From an uncultured Verrucomicrobiae bacterium (GTDB lineage: Bacteria; Verrucomicrobiota; Verrucomicrobiia; Opitutales; JABDGR01), in assembly GCA_963765205.1 (NCBI GenBank), contig CAVXVB010000009.1, forward strand, positions 1,056,001 to 1,120,000: 64,000 nt of DNA. Reading direction: 5' to 3'. Position 1 is the first letter of the stretch; each line of letters starts with the position of its first letter. Below are positions 40,095 through 50,498 of this stretch, in pieces. Below the pieces are notes generated by a model that worked only from the letters and a program-made list of their open reading frames with translations, did no database searches and was not told where the DNA came from. The position numbers were made by a program, and so were the translations under genes.

Positions 40095-41792
40095 ATGCCC
40101 AAAACTGCTCCCAACCTGCGCGCCTATTCCTCCATCGTCGTGGACGGTTCCGACCGCGCGCCCAACCGCTCGATGCTGCGCACCGTCGGCTTCCAGGAAG
40201 CCGATTTCAAGAAGCCGATCGTGGGGGTCGCCTCGACGTGGGCGATGGTCACGCCATGCAACATGCATATTGACGGCCTGGCGCGCGAAGCCGCCGCCGG
40301 GGTCGAGGCGGCGGGGGCGAAGCCCATCATTTTTGGCACAATTACGGTATCCGACGGGATTTCGATGGGCACGCTGGGGATGCGCTATTCGATGGTGTCG
40401 CGCGAGGTCATTGCCGATTCCATCGAGACAGTCGCCTGCGCGGAGGGCTTCGATGGCTTGGTAGCTATCGGCGGCTGCGACAAGAACATGCCCGGCTGCG
40501 TGATGGCGATGGCCCGGCTGAACCGGCCCGCCGTATTTGTCTATGGCGGGACGATTTTGCCGGGGATTTACCGCGAGAAGCCGGTGGACATCGTAAGCGT
40601 CTTCGAGGCGGTCGGCCAGCACGCGGCGGGCAAAATCAATGCGAAGGAACTGCATGAAATTGAAAGTTGCGCGATTCCCGGCCCCGGCTCCTGCGGCGGG
40701 ATGTATACGGCGAACACCATGGCCTCGGCCATTGAGGCGCTGGGGATGAGTTTGCCGAATAGTTCCGCACAACTGGCGGTGTCGAAGGACAAGACGGCGG
40801 ATTGCCAGCGCGCCGGCGCGGCGGTGATGAATTTGCTCAAGCTCGGCCTGCGCCCGCGCGACATCATGACAAAAAAGGCGTTCGAAAACGCCATCACGGT
40901 CGTCATCGCACTCGGCGGCTCGACCAACGCGGTGCTGCATCTGCTGGCCATGGCCCACACGGCGGATGTGAAGCTGACCCTCGACGATTTTTCCCGTATC
41001 GGCAAAAAAGTGCCGGTGCTGGCCGACCTCAAGCCCAGCGGCAAATACAACATGGCGCACTTCGTCCGTATCGGCGGGCTGACGCCGCTGCTGAAAATGC
41101 TGCTCGACGCCGGATTGCTGCATGGCGACGTGAAGACGGTCACCGGCCAGACCATGCGCGAGAATCTGGCGGGCGTCGCGCCCTACCCCGCCGGCCAGGA
41201 TATTGTTTATCCCCTGGACCGCCCCATCAAGCGCGACAGCCATCTGCGCATTCTCTATGGAAACCTCGCGCCCAAGGGCGCAGTGGCGAAGATTTCCGGC
41301 AAGGAAGGGCAAAGGTTTTCCGGCAAGGCGATTATTTATGAATCGGAGGAAAAGGCGCTGCAAGGCATCCTGGCCGGGCAGGTCAAAGCCGGGCATGTGA
41401 TTGTGATTCGCAACGAAGGGCCGGTCGGCGGGCCGGGGATGCGCGAGATGCTCGCGCCGACTTCCGCGGTGATGGGCAAAGGCCTGGGCCAGGACGTGGC
41501 GCTGATCACCGACGGACGCTTTTCCGGCGGCAGCCACGGCTTCGTCGTCGGGCACATCACGCCCGAGGCGGCGGTGGGCGGCCCGCTGGCCATCGTGCGC
41601 AAGGGCGACCCCATCACGATTGACGCGGAAAAGAGCGAGATCAACCTGGGAATTTCCCCCGCCGAAATGAAGGCCCGCCTGCGCGCGTGGAAGAAGCCGC
41701 AGCCCCGCGCAACGCGCGGCGTGCTGGCCAAGTATGCGAAACTCGTCTCGAACGCCTCGCGCGGCGCGGTGACGGACGCGGATTTGTTTTAA
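40095..41792 (+). CDS. ilvD: Dihydroxy-acid dehydratase
   Basis: [48 protein letters not shown]. Confidence 0.98.
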   Translation: MPKTAPNLRAYSSIVVDGSDRAPNRSMLRTVGFQEADFKKPIVGVASTWAMVTPCNMHIDGLAREAAAGVEAAGAKPIIFGTITVSDGISMGTLGMRYSMVSREVIADSIETVACAEGFDGLVAIGGCDKNMPGCVMAMARLNRPAVFVYGGTILPGIYREKPVDIVSVFEAVGQHAAGKINAKELHEIESCAIPGPGSCGGMYTANTMASAIEALGMSLPNSSAQLAVSKDKTADCQRAGAAVMNLLKLGLRPRDIMTKKAFENAITVVIALGGSTNAVLHLLAMAHTADVKLTLDDFSRIGKKVPVLADLKPSGKYNMAHFVRIGGLTPLLKMLLDAGLLHGDVKTVTGQTMRENLAGVAPYPAGQDIVYPLDRPIKRDSHLRILYGNLAPKGAVAKISGKEGQRFSGKAIIYESEEKALQGILAGQVKAGHVIVIRNEGPVGGPGMREMLAPTSAVMGKGLGQDVALITDGRFSGGSHGFVVGHITPEAAVGGPLAIVRKGDPITIDAEKSEINLGISPAEMKARLRAWKKPQPRATRGVLAKYAKLVSNASRGAVTDADLF

Positions 41793-41794
41793 GA

Positions 41795-41892
41795 CGGCGG
41801 GTCGAGGACGCCCCGCCCTACCCAATTCCAATCGAGCCTGATCAGGGTCACGCAATTGTTTCGCGTGGCAGGGGGGCGTCCTCGACCCGCCG
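41795..41892. repeat. Inverted REP doublet (REPIN/BIME-like)
   Basis: Reverse complement of GTAGGGCGGGGCGTCCTCGACCCGCCG at 41795-41821, plus a degenerate inverted copy at 41868-41892. Confidence 0.85.
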
Positions 41893-41938
41893 TCTTCATT
41901 TTCAATCCATCTTATTTCATAAATCATTATCTCCTGAC

Positions 41939-42419
41939 ATGGATAACCCGCCTATAATTCCCATCCGCAAAAATCTGCCGCACGATCCGCCGGCTTGGGT
42001 GCCGGACGGCGAAATCTTTTTTATCACCATCTGCGCCGCCCACCGGAAGCTGCAACCACTCGCAAACCCCCGGGTGGCGCAGTCCCTGCTGGCCAGTGCG
42101 CGGCATTATCACGAACTGGGCAACTGGTGGGTTCGATTGTTTCTGATTATGCCGGATCATCTCCACGGCCTGCTCACGTTTCCGCCAGCGAAGCTCATGC
42201 ACAAAGTTGTTGCGGCTTGGAAATCATACACCGCCAAAGCGACCGGAGTTTCCTGGCAGCAGGATTTTTTCGATCACCGGGTAAGGAGCCTGGCGGCGTT
42301 GCATGGAAAAGGAATTATACATTTTAAATAATCCCCCACGGCAAGGTCTGACGAAAAATGTGGAGGACTGGCCTTGGTTGTTGCGGCAACAAGACATGAC
42401 AACGACAGAATCAAAATAA
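41939..42419 (+). mobile_element. REP-associated tyrosine transposase (RAYT, Y1 HUH family); frameshift near 42305
   Basis: FFITIC, IMPDHLH (HUH), WQQDFFDHRVR; the shifted frame gives YILNNP...GL...EDWPW. Confidence 0.88.
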
Positions 42420-42423
42420 GAAG

Positions 42424-42450
42424 CGGCGGGTCGAGGACGCCCCGCCCTAC
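42424..42450 (-). repeat. REP copy downstream of RAYT
   Basis: Identical to 41795-41821 (GTAG plus GGCGGG/CCCGCC hairpin). Confidence 0.9.
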
Positions 42451-42555
42451 TCCATTACAGGCACGACGACATTTGATCGACCTCCCCGGCCTTTTCGGCA
42501 TTGAGATTGACAGTCGAGGCGGGCTGGCAGATTATGCCGGAAACACCCGGCCGCC

Positions 42556-45045
42556 ATGAGAACGAATGACCTCGGATTGGGCAACGCCCCGCGCCCGACA
42601 CGGAGCCGGTCACCGAACGGGAAACGGCGGGCAATAATCGGCGCCTTGGTCATCGCGATTTTTGCCACAGGCTGGGCAATGGGCCATTATCAGGCGATGT
42701 GGGCCAGCAAAACCCCCGTCAAGCTGCCGTTGAAAACCACGGCCAAAGCTGCAGCGAAAGCCGCCAAGGGCGCACCGTTCCAAGGCGCCGCGTGGGATCC
42801 CCACGGCCAACTGGCCGCGATTCTGCGCAAGTATAAGGGCTGGGAACGCACCATCGCCATCGCCAAGCTGGTGGATCAAACGGCGGTGCCGGATCTGGGG
42901 GTTTTGATTGCCGAAGTCCAGGACTGCCCGCAACCGGATGTGCGGCAGATGGTTTATGACGCCGTGTTTGCCAAATGGGTGGGCAGCGACGTGCCCGGCG
43001 CGCTGGCGTGCGCGAACACGCTGTCCTTGCGCTCGGGCAAGTCGGAAGTTTTGGACAGCGTATTTGTGGCGTGGTCAGGCCTGAACCCGAAAGCCGCGCT
43101 GGCCGCCGCCCTGCAGTTGAACAGATTTTCGTTCCGCCGCTCGGCGGTCAGCGCCGTGCTGACGAACTGGGTGCAGGGGGAGGACCCACTGGCGGCGATT
43201 GCCGCCGCCAAAAACATCCCGCCGGGTTTGGCAGGCCCAAATATTTTGCAGACGCTGTTCGACCGCTGGTCGCGGCTGGATCCGGCCGCCGCCTTCGCCG
43301 CGGTGGGCCAGATTGACAACATGGCCCAGCGGCGCGCGGTGCAGTCCCTCATTCTGAACAACCTGGCGGACAGTGATCCGGGGAATGCTTTTGATATATT
43401 GCGCCACCTGCCCGTCGGCCAGCAGTCCACACAGCTTTACAGCACGGTGTTTCTGGCTTGGGCGCGGCAGGATCCGCAGGCGGCGATGTCCGCGATTGCC
43501 GGGATGCCGGCGGGGCTGGCCCGGGGAGCCGCCATGAAAAGTGTTTACAGTGGCTGGTCGGAAGTGGACCCCGTTGCAGCCCTGCAATCGGCCCAGGGAC
43601 TGCCGCCGGGGAATGAGCGCGACAGCCTCATTCAATCGAGTTTCAGCAGCCTGGCGACACAGGATCCGGCGGCTGCGGGGGACTATTTGGCGACGCTGCC
43701 CCTAAGCAGCAACCGCAACGCACTCATCAAATCGCTGGCAAGCGCCTGGGCAGACAGTGATCCTTCCGCCGCGCTGGCCTGGCTGGATACCAACGCCAGC
43801 GGAACCACCTATGACCAGGCGGTGGGCACGGTGCTGAATTCGCTGGCGAGCATGAACCCCAGCGCGGCAGTGGCCTATATCACGCAAATGCCGCTGGGCA
43901 CAAAGCGCGACACTTATTTGCAAAACGCCATCGGCACCTGGGCCACCCAGGATTCCGCCGCGGCCCTGGCTTGGGTAAACAACAACCTGACCGGCACGCC
44001 GCACGATCTGGCGCTGGCGACAGTGGAAAAACAGGTTATCCAAGCCAATCCAACAGGGGCGATTGATTATGTCAACAACCTGCCCAGCGGCGCGAACCGC
44101 GACCAGGCGATGACAAGCCTGGCCACGTCGCTGGCGCAGCAGGATGTGTCGGCGGCCCTGAATTGGATGAACAACCTGCCGAGCGACACCCCCGCCGCCA
44201 CCCAGCAGAAGGTACTGCAAAATATCGTCAGTTCCTGGTCGAGCGTGGACCCGGCCAGCGCCGCCAATTATGTGCAACAATACGCCGGCGACCCCACTTA
44301 CAGCGCGGCCGTGGCCAGCGTGGCAACGGCCTGGGCCAAGGACGACAGCGTGGCTTCGCTGGCCTGGGCGCAGACGCTCCCCGATGGCGCCGCGCGCGAC
44401 AACGCCGTGGGCACCTCGCTGTCCAACATGGCCCAATTCGATGCCACGACCGCTTGGGCGGATGCGCAAAGCCTGCTGCCGATGCCGACCAAAACAACCG
44501 GCGCGAACAATACGTTTACGCAAATTGTCGACGCCTGGAGCACAACGGATCCCGCCGCCGCGGCCCAGATCGTGAGCGTCTTGCCGGTGGGCGGCGGCTA
44601 TAATATGGCGGTTGAGAATATTGCCAAAAACTGGATGACCAATGACCCCCAGGCCGCCTCGCAGTGGATTTCAACCCTGGCGGACAGTGGCGCGCGCGAC
44701 GACGCCGTGCGCGTCATCGTCCAAACCCAGGCCGACAATGACCCGCAGATGGCTTATACCTGGGCATCAACCATCACTGCGCCGGCCATGCGCTACAACC
44801 AAACGAACGCGGCGCTGACGGCGTGGGCAAAAACCGATCCGGCCGCCGCATCAACCGCCCTGCAATCCGCCAACGTGACCGATCAACAGCGCTCGAACAT
44901 TCAAAGGAACATTGATGCTGCGGCGAACGGCACGGCCACCGGCCTGACGAGCGCCGGCATCATCAACAGCCAGACCATAAACCAAGTGGTCAACAGCGAT
45001 GGATCCATCACTCTGACAATCACGCCGAACCCGGCGGGTAATTGA
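42556..45045 (+). CDS. Membrane-anchored HEAT-like helical repeat protein
   Basis: N-terminal TM; many W-x-x-x-D-P-x-A-A...LP.G..R repeats. Confidence 0.85.
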   Translation: MRTNDLGLGNAPRPTRSRSPNGKRRAIIGALVIAIFATGWAMGHYQAMWASKTPVKLPLKTTAKAAAKAAKGAPFQGAAWDPHGQLAAILRKYKGWERTIAIAKLVDQTAVPDLGVLIAEVQDCPQPDVRQMVYDAVFAKWVGSDVPGALACANTLSLRSGKSEVLDSVFVAWSGLNPKAALAAALQLNRFSFRRSAVSAVLTNWVQGEDPLAAIAAAKNIPPGLAGPNILQTLFDRWSRLDPAAAFAAVGQIDNMAQRRAVQSLILNNLADSDPGNAFDILRHLPVGQQSTQLYSTVFLAWARQDPQAAMSAIAGMPAGLARGAAMKSVYSGWSEVDPVAALQSAQGLPPGNERDSLIQSSFSSLATQDPAAAGDYLATLPLSSNRNALIKSLASAWADSDPSAALAWLDTNASGTTYDQAVGTVLNSLASMNPSAAVAYITQMPLGTKRDTYLQNAIGTWATQDSAAALAWVNNNLTGTPHDLALATVEKQVIQANPTGAIDYVNNLPSGANRDQAMTSLATSLAQQDVSAALNWMNNLPSDTPAATQQKVLQNIVSSWSSVDPASAANYVQQYAGDPTYSAAVASVATAWAKDDSVASLAWAQTLPDGAARDNAVGTSLSNMAQFDATTAWADAQSLLPMPTKTTGANNTFTQIVDAWSTTDPAAAAQIVSVLPVGGGYNMAVENIAKNWMTNDPQAASQWISTLADSGARDDAVRVIVQTQADNDPQMAYTWASTITAPAMRYNQTNAALTAWAKTDPAAASTALQSANVTDQQRSNIQRNIDAAANGTATGLTSAGIINSQTINQVVNSDGSITLTITPNPAGN

Positions 45046-45061
45046 GGCAGGAACCGGAGAC

Positions 45062-45901
45062 TCAGCCATTTTTTTGCCGGGCCAGGGCGTTCAGGCGCAA
45101 CTTTCGCATGATGATGTAGGTCAGCCGGGTCATCCAGACCCGCGGCAGGCGGCTGCCAATCCAGGCGCCCAATTTATTAGACCAGCCAGAAATCACCAGC
45201 GGTTGGCGCGCCGCCAGCGCGCGCAGCGACGCGGTGACCACCTGCGGCGGGGTCTGGCCGATGTTGATGGACACCGGCGGTTCGGCAAATCCCGCGGCAC
45301 GGAAAAACTTTGTGCTGGTTGGACCGGGACACACACAGAGGATATGGACGTTAGAGTCAAGCATTTCGCGCCACAGACCGAGGCTCCAGTTGAGCACGAA
45401 CGACTTGGTCGCGGCATAGGTGGTGAAGAAGGGCATGGGCTGGAACGCCGCCGTCGAAGCGATGTTGATGACGGCGCCGCCACGCGCGCGGAGGCGGGAT
45501 AACAGCCGCGCGGTGAGATTCACTGGCGCGCGCATGTTCAAGTCCACCATGGCGAGCGTGCGTGCGAGATTTGGCTCCGGGAATGGCCCGTAGGTGCCGA
45601 AGCCGCTGTTGTTGATGAGCAGGACTTCCCCCACTCCACCGTCCGCATCCAGCCATTTTTCGAGGACGGCGGCAGCGGCCTCCTGTCCGGCGGCATGGGA
45701 AAGGTCGGCGGGGCAATGGGTGAGCCGCCCGGCGGCGAGGGCGGCTTGGGGTGGCGTGCGAGAAAGGTTGAAAAATTTCGCTTTCGGGTTTACATTTGCG
45801 ATTGCTGTGACGAATTCCTCTCCGATGCCTGACGAAGCTCCCGTGACGACGACCGCGCCAAAGCGAGCAAGGCATTCTGGCACGGATTGTGCGTCAAACA
45901 T
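45062..45901 (-). CDS. Short-chain dehydrogenase/reductase
   Basis: TGASSGIG, LINNSGFG, YAATK, CPGP. Confidence 0.93.
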   Translation of the reverse strand: MFDAQSVPECLARFGAVVVTGASSGIGEEFVTAIANVNPKAKFFNLSRTPPQAALAAGRLTHCPADLSHAAGQEAAAAVLEKWLDADGGVGEVLLINNSGFGTYGPFPEPNLARTLAMVDLNMRAPVNLTARLLSRLRARGGAVINIASTAAFQPMPFFTTYAATKSFVLNWSLGLWREMLDSNVHILCVCPGPTSTKFFRAAGFAEPPVSINIGQTPPQVVTASLRALAARQPLVISGWSNKLGAWIGSRLPRVWMTRLTYIIMRKLRLNALARQKNG

Positions 45902-46021
45902 GAAGCGAAAAGCGGAACCCGCGACGCCGGCGGGGGTCTCAACCAGTAATGCCGTCGGTGCGCGTGTTTCCGTCTAAACGCCTGTTCTCTTCCAGTCAAC
46001 CCATAACCCACCTCCCTAACT

Positions 46022-46389
46022 ATGAGCCATGAACTGATTATCTCCGGCATCCATCTTGAACTGACGAGTGCGCTCAAAGAAGCGGTGCAATTGAAGATGG
46101 AACGATTATTCAAACACGAAACCCGCATCATTCGCCTGCGGATTGAATTGGAGCGAGCCTCGAGCAAAAACCATCTGGGGGAGTTTGTCGCCAAGGGCCA
46201 CATTACCCTCTCGGTCCCGAAATCATTGTCAGCGTGGCGTCGGAGGACTTGTATAAATCCATGGATTTGCTGGTGGATAAGCTGGACCGCAAGCTGCGCC
46301 GGCGCTCGCGCCTATTGAAAGTCAAGCGCCACCACCCGCACGAAATCGAAATCCCCTACGCGAGCCTGCCGAAAATCAGCGCGGCGTGA
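46022..46389 (+). CDS. hpf: Ribosome hibernation promoting factor (frameshift near 46211)
   Basis: IISGIHLELTSALK; the shifted frame gives GPEIIVSVASEDLYKSMDLLVDKLDRKLRR. Confidence 0.88.
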
Positions 46390-46396
46390 GGGAAGA

Positions 46397-46506
46397 AAAT
46401 TAAGAAGTCAAAATGCAGAATGCAGAATTGAGCAGGCGGCCTTGGCCAAAAGATGGGGTTGGGCTGTTTTTTTAATTCTGCATTTTGCCTTTTGCATTCA
46501 GCATTG
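46397..46506. repeat. Inverted pair of heptamer tracts (AGAATGC / GCATTYT)
   Basis: AAAATGC-AGAATGC-AGAATTG ... AATTCT-GCATTTT-GCCTTTT-GCATTCA-GCATT. Confidence 0.8.
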
Positions 46507-46557
46507 ATTCGACGTTAAGAGTTGAACGTTATGCGTTCAGGGTTCAGTCTTGGCTCC

Positions 46558-46956
46558 ATGATGGCCATTCCCACCCTTGTCATTTCTTTTTTGTTAATCC
46601 TCGTCGGCGTCGGCGGCTACCTGATGGGGCATCCCGATCCGACCACCGGGCACGTCGGCCCAACGGCGCTGATTCCCGCCGCGGTGGGCGTGGTGCTGGG
46701 GGTGCTGGGCGCGGTTTCCTTCCGCGAAAAAGCCCGCAAGCATGCGATGCACGCAGCGGCCATGGTGGGGTTGCTGGCGGCCATCGGCGACGCGGTGCAA
46801 TTGGTCAGAACCATTTTTAACACGACCAGCGCACCCGCCGTGCGGCAGTTAAAGCTGCTCTCGATGTCCGCCACGCTGGTATTATGCGTGGTGTTTTTGG
46901 TGCTGTGCATCCGCTCGTTCATCCAGGCCCGGAAGAACCGGCAAGCCGGGCTTTAA
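46558..46956 (+). CDS. Small 4-TM membrane protein
   Basis: TALIP, RKHAMHAAA, SFIQARK; four hydrophobic helices. Confidence 0.85.
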   Translation: MMAIPTLVISFLLILVGVGGYLMGHPDPTTGHVGPTALIPAAVGVVLGVLGAVSFREKARKHAMHAAAMVGLLAAIGDAVQLVRTIFNTTSAPAVRQLKLLSMSATLVLCVVFLVLCIRSFIQARKNRQAGL

Positions 46957-47079
46957 GCCGCCGGCTGACCAACAAAGGCGGCAAGGAGAGCGGGGCAGAC
47001 AGGAATCAACCGGCAGTATTTTGCTTGCGTTTTTGGCCCATCGCCCTACCTTGAATCCCTTGGCGGTTCATTTTTTTTC

Positions 47080-47153
47080 GCACCCGTAGTTCAATTGGAT
47101 AGAATGTCTGACTACGGATCAGAAGGTTGCAGGTTCAAGTCCTGCCGGGTGCA
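47080..47153 (+). tRNA. tRNA-Arg (ACG)
   Basis: GCACCCG/CGGGTGC acceptor stem, TCTGA-ctACGga-TCAGA anticodon arm, GGTTCAAGTCC T-loop; CCA not encoded. Confidence 0.96.
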
Positions 47154-47217
47154 CCCTTTACTGAAACCGGGGTGTTTTGCTTTGCCTTTTGCCTACTGGC
47201 GCGGTGAGAATTCCGCC

Positions 47218-48063
47218 ATGTGTGCTGAACCCGCCATCCTGTCTTTGGAAGACAATTTTGACGACGTGCTGAACAAGGCCCAGCGCGGCCTGGGTCTGGC
47301 CGATGGTGCGCTCTCCGCGCAGGCGGGCATTGCTCAGGATATGTTGGCGGGCCTGAAAAAGGGGCGGCTGGACGAGGCGGCGCTGGCGCGCGTCGCGCCG
47401 GTGCTGAAGTTGCAGGGCCCGAGCCTGCTGGCGCTGGCGCGCAAGACGTGGTATCCGCGAGTACCAAACCTGGCCGGGGTGGCGCAGGTGAGCAGCGCGT
47501 GGAAGGATTTTCGAGTCAACGCCTTCGTGGTCTGGCATCCGACGGCGCGACAGGCGGTGGTGTTCGACACGGGGACGACGCCTGCGCCAATCCTCGCCGT
47601 TATGAAGGAAAACAAGCTGCACGCCGAACTGCTGCTCATCACGCACACGCATGGTGACCATGTCGCCTGTTTTGCGGAATTGCGCGAGAAGCTGGGCTGG
47701 CCCCGGGCGTATGTCAGTGCGCGCGGGAGCCTGGCGGGCGCGGAGCCGATTAATGAAGGCACCACGCTTTCGGTCGGTTCGCTGCATATCGAGGCGCGGC
47801 GCACCAGCGGCCACGCGGCGTGCGGGCTGACTTATGTCGTGCGAGGCCTGGCGCAACCGGTGGCGGTGGTAGGGGACGCGCTGTTTGCCGGCTCGATGGG
47901 CGGCGCGCGCACCACGGAAGCCTACGCCGAGGCGCTGGCCACCAACCGCGCGCAGATTTTCTCGCTGCCCGACGAGACCGTGATTTGCCCCGGCCATGGG
48001 CCGCGGACGACGGTGGGGCAGGAGAAGGCGCATAACGCATTTTTTCCAGAATTTAAGTCATAA
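47218..48063 (+). CDS. Metallo-beta-lactamase-fold hydrolase with HTH-like N-terminus
   Basis: THTHGDH, GH, GDALFAGSMG, PGHGP.TT. Confidence 0.92.
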   Translation: MCAEPAILSLEDNFDDVLNKAQRGLGLADGALSAQAGIAQDMLAGLKKGRLDEAALARVAPVLKLQGPSLLALARKTWYPRVPNLAGVAQVSSAWKDFRVNAFVVWHPTARQAVVFDTGTTPAPILAVMKENKLHAELLLITHTHGDHVACFAELREKLGWPRAYVSARGSLAGAEPINEGTTLSVGSLHIEARRTSGHAACGLTYVVRGLAQPVAVVGDALFAGSMGGARTTEAYAEALATNRAQIFSLPDETVICPGHGPRTTVGQEKAHNAFFPEFKS

Positions 48064-48136
48064 GTGGGGTTAAATTCTCGATGGCGTATCAGCTTCGTTG
48101 ATTATGCCACCTCTTGCACTCATCAAAGATTCGCCC

Positions 48137-49053
48137 ATGGATATGCTATTTCCGATCGTAGTTGCGATTTTGTCGGGCGCGGTGATCTACCCTGCTACGC
48201 TGATCCGACGCGAAGTTTTTCAGCATGGATTACAAAGGGAAAAAACCTGCGGCGCGCGGGTGAATCGGTTTTGGGATGTGTTCTATTGGTTGCTCGGGGG
48301 CATGGTGCGGTTCCTGGTGGTTATGATTTTTGGCTTTCGCTTGTGGATATTTTCTGCCTGCTCTTGCTGCGGCTGGGTGACCGAACGTCCATTGATTATG
48401 TGCATGAAGTGGATACGGTTGCCAGTGTCGTTCTCGTGGTCGGCTGGCTGGTGGGCGTCGCTTGGAGCGTTCGCGTTTACTTTCCGTTTTTCACCTCGCG
48501 TTCAAATTATTTTCGCGGACTCGTCGCCGGAGGACTGGCCATTCCAATCGTGGCTTTAGGCTGGTTGGTACTTGTTGCCTTGATGTGGGCGAAGGAACTG
48601 TTCTTTTTTATGGCGCCGCCTTTTACTGAGTTTCGCTCATCAGCGGTTCCGGCCAAGCAAATTATAATTGTCAATGAAAGCTGGCTTGACACCGAATTGC
48701 TGGTTTTTGTCAAAGGCCAGGATGGACGATTGAAATTTGTCTGGGATTTGGGCGATGAATTTGCCGAGGCCAAATGGACCAAAGACGGCACCGTTTTCGT
48801 CTGCATGTTGACCCTTCCCAAAACCAGTGGGCGGCCTGGCGTCATGGTCGCTTATGATTTTAACACTGGGCAGGCACATGGGCCTGGCTCCAAGGATTTA
48901 GGGTATGCCAGCGCCGCGACTTGGCAGGCCGTGGAACCGACCGTGGATGCCTTGGTGTCCGCGCATGGCGGGTTTGAAACCGATTGGATCGGCTTTGATA
49001 CAATACGAAGTGGAGAACAATGGCTTTGGTTCTGGCAGGTACCCGATGTTTAA
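48137..49053 (+). CDS. Lower-GC multi-TM hypothetical protein (probable frameshift ~48340)
   Basis: TM-rich N-terminus in frame 48098 continues in frame 48064; soluble C-terminal domain. Confidence 0.55.
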
Positions 49054-49076
49054 CTGAAGCCGTAATTCACCTTGGA

Positions 49077-50498
49077 TCACCCCGACACGCTCTTTTTCCC
49101 GAACCTCATCTTCTCCGGCAGCAAAGGGCCGCCGAGGGCGACGGCGCTGAAGCCGAAGACGATGGCCGAGGAGCCCATGACGAGGCCGAGCGCGCCGGTG
49201 CCGTGGCCGGGCGGGCGCATCAGCCACCAGCCGCCGAGGCCGACATAGACGCAGCGCGCCGAGGAGGCCACCAGCGAGGTGATGGGCCGCCGCGCGCCCT
49301 GGCAGGAAAACGTCATGCCGACACCGAGGCCCCAAAAGCCGTAGGCCCAGGCGCTCCAGTGCAAATAATGGACGCCGGCCGAGATGGCTGCGGCGTCGTT
49401 TGTGAAAAAGTGCATGGTGGCCGCGGGGAAAATCCACATGAGCAAGCCGACCAGACCGGCCACTGCGAAACCCAGGCCCGCCCCCGTCCACGCCAGCCGC
49501 CGCACCTGGCCCCATTCGCCGGCGCCGACGTTCATGCCCACCAGCGGCACCAGCGCGGAGCCGATGCCGAAGACAAAGGGCATGAGCAGGCCCTCGATGC
49601 GCGTAACCGCGCCGTAGGCGGCGAGCGCGCTTTCGCTGATTTTCGCGGCCATGGCGGTCGCCATCAACTGGGTGCCAACGGAGAGGAGCGTGTTGAAGGC
49701 ACTCGGGCCGCCGACGTGGAGAATTTCCCCGATGTGCCGCCAGGAAAAATGGACTGCCCGGTTGCGGCCCGCGCGCCCGACTTCGTGCTTGAGCAACTGC
49801 CAGATGAAAATGAGCGTGAGCGCAAAATAATAAATAGCCATCACCACCGCCGCGCCGACCACGCCGCCGGCCGGCAGCGGACCCCAGCCAAGCACCGCAG
49901 GCGGAATCAGGCATGCGATGACAAGCGACACCACGGCGTTCCATTTCGAGGGGATGAGGGTGTTGCCGAGGCCGCGAAAGATGCTGGCCAGGATATTGCA
50001 CGTCCACATGAACGTGCCGGCCGCGAGGGTGATGACGCCGTAGGCAGTGGCGGTGGCGGCGACTTCGCCCGTGCCGCCCTGCCAGGCAAAAATCTCGCGG
50101 CACCAGATGGCCAGGCCGCCGGACATCACGGCGCCCACGACGCCGCCCAGCAGCACGGCGTGGACGATCAATTCAATCACCTCGTGCCGCCGGCCCGCGC
50201 CCATCGCGCGCGAAATCGCCGAGGCCACGCCGCCGCCCAAGCCGCCCGCGGCCATCATGCCGAGCAGGGTCAGCCAGGGAAAGACCAGTGCGGCGCCGGC
50301 GAGCTTGGTTGCGCTGACTTTGCCGATGAGCGCGGCTTCCTCGGCCAGGAGCGCCGAGTGCAGGAGCAGCGCGAGGACGGTCGGCACGGCGAGGCGCAGA
50401 ATGGCCATGAGCGCGCCGGAGCGGGCAAACATCGGCACATCGCCGCCCCGTTCGCCAATGATTTCAACCCCCGGATCCGACTGAGGGTTACCAGGCAT
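49077..50498 (-). CDS. MATE family efflux transporter
   Basis: LAVP, ISRAMGA, FRGLGNT..P, VGMNVGA; many TM helices. Confidence 0.92.
   Translation of the reverse strand: MPGNPQSDPGVEIIGERGGDVPMFARSGALMAILRLAVPTVLALLLHSALLAEEAALIGKVSATKLAGAALVFPWLTLLGMMAAGGLGGGVASAISRAMGAGRRHEVIELIVHAVLLGGVVGAVMSGGLAIWCREIFAWQGGTGEVAATATAYGVITLAAGTFMWTCNILASIFRGLGNTLIPSKWNAVVSLVIACLIPPAVLGWGPLPAGGVVGAAVVMAIYYFALTLIFIWQLLKHEVGRAGRNRAVHFSWRHIGEILHVGGPSAFNTLLSVGTQLMATAMAAKISESALAAYGAVTRIEGLLMPFVFGIGSALVPLVGMNVGAGEWGQVRRLAWTGAGLGFAVAGLVGLLMWIFPAATMHFFTNDAAAISAGVHYLHWSAWAYGFWGLGVGMTFSCQGARRPITSLVASSARCVYVGLGGWWLMRPPGHGTGALGLVMGSSAIVFGFSAVALGGPLLPEKMRFGKKSVSG

Noticed and set aside
40089..41927. Long antisense/shadow ORFs (e.g. 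612 aa opposite ilvD, 573 aa at 36708, 535 aa at 49020)
   Set aside because: Expected in high-GC DNA; Arg/Gly/His-rich without motifs, opposite well-supported genes
47080..49053. Genomic island integrated at tRNA-Arg
   Set aside because: No integrase and no duplicated tRNA 3' end; the next gene has host-like composition
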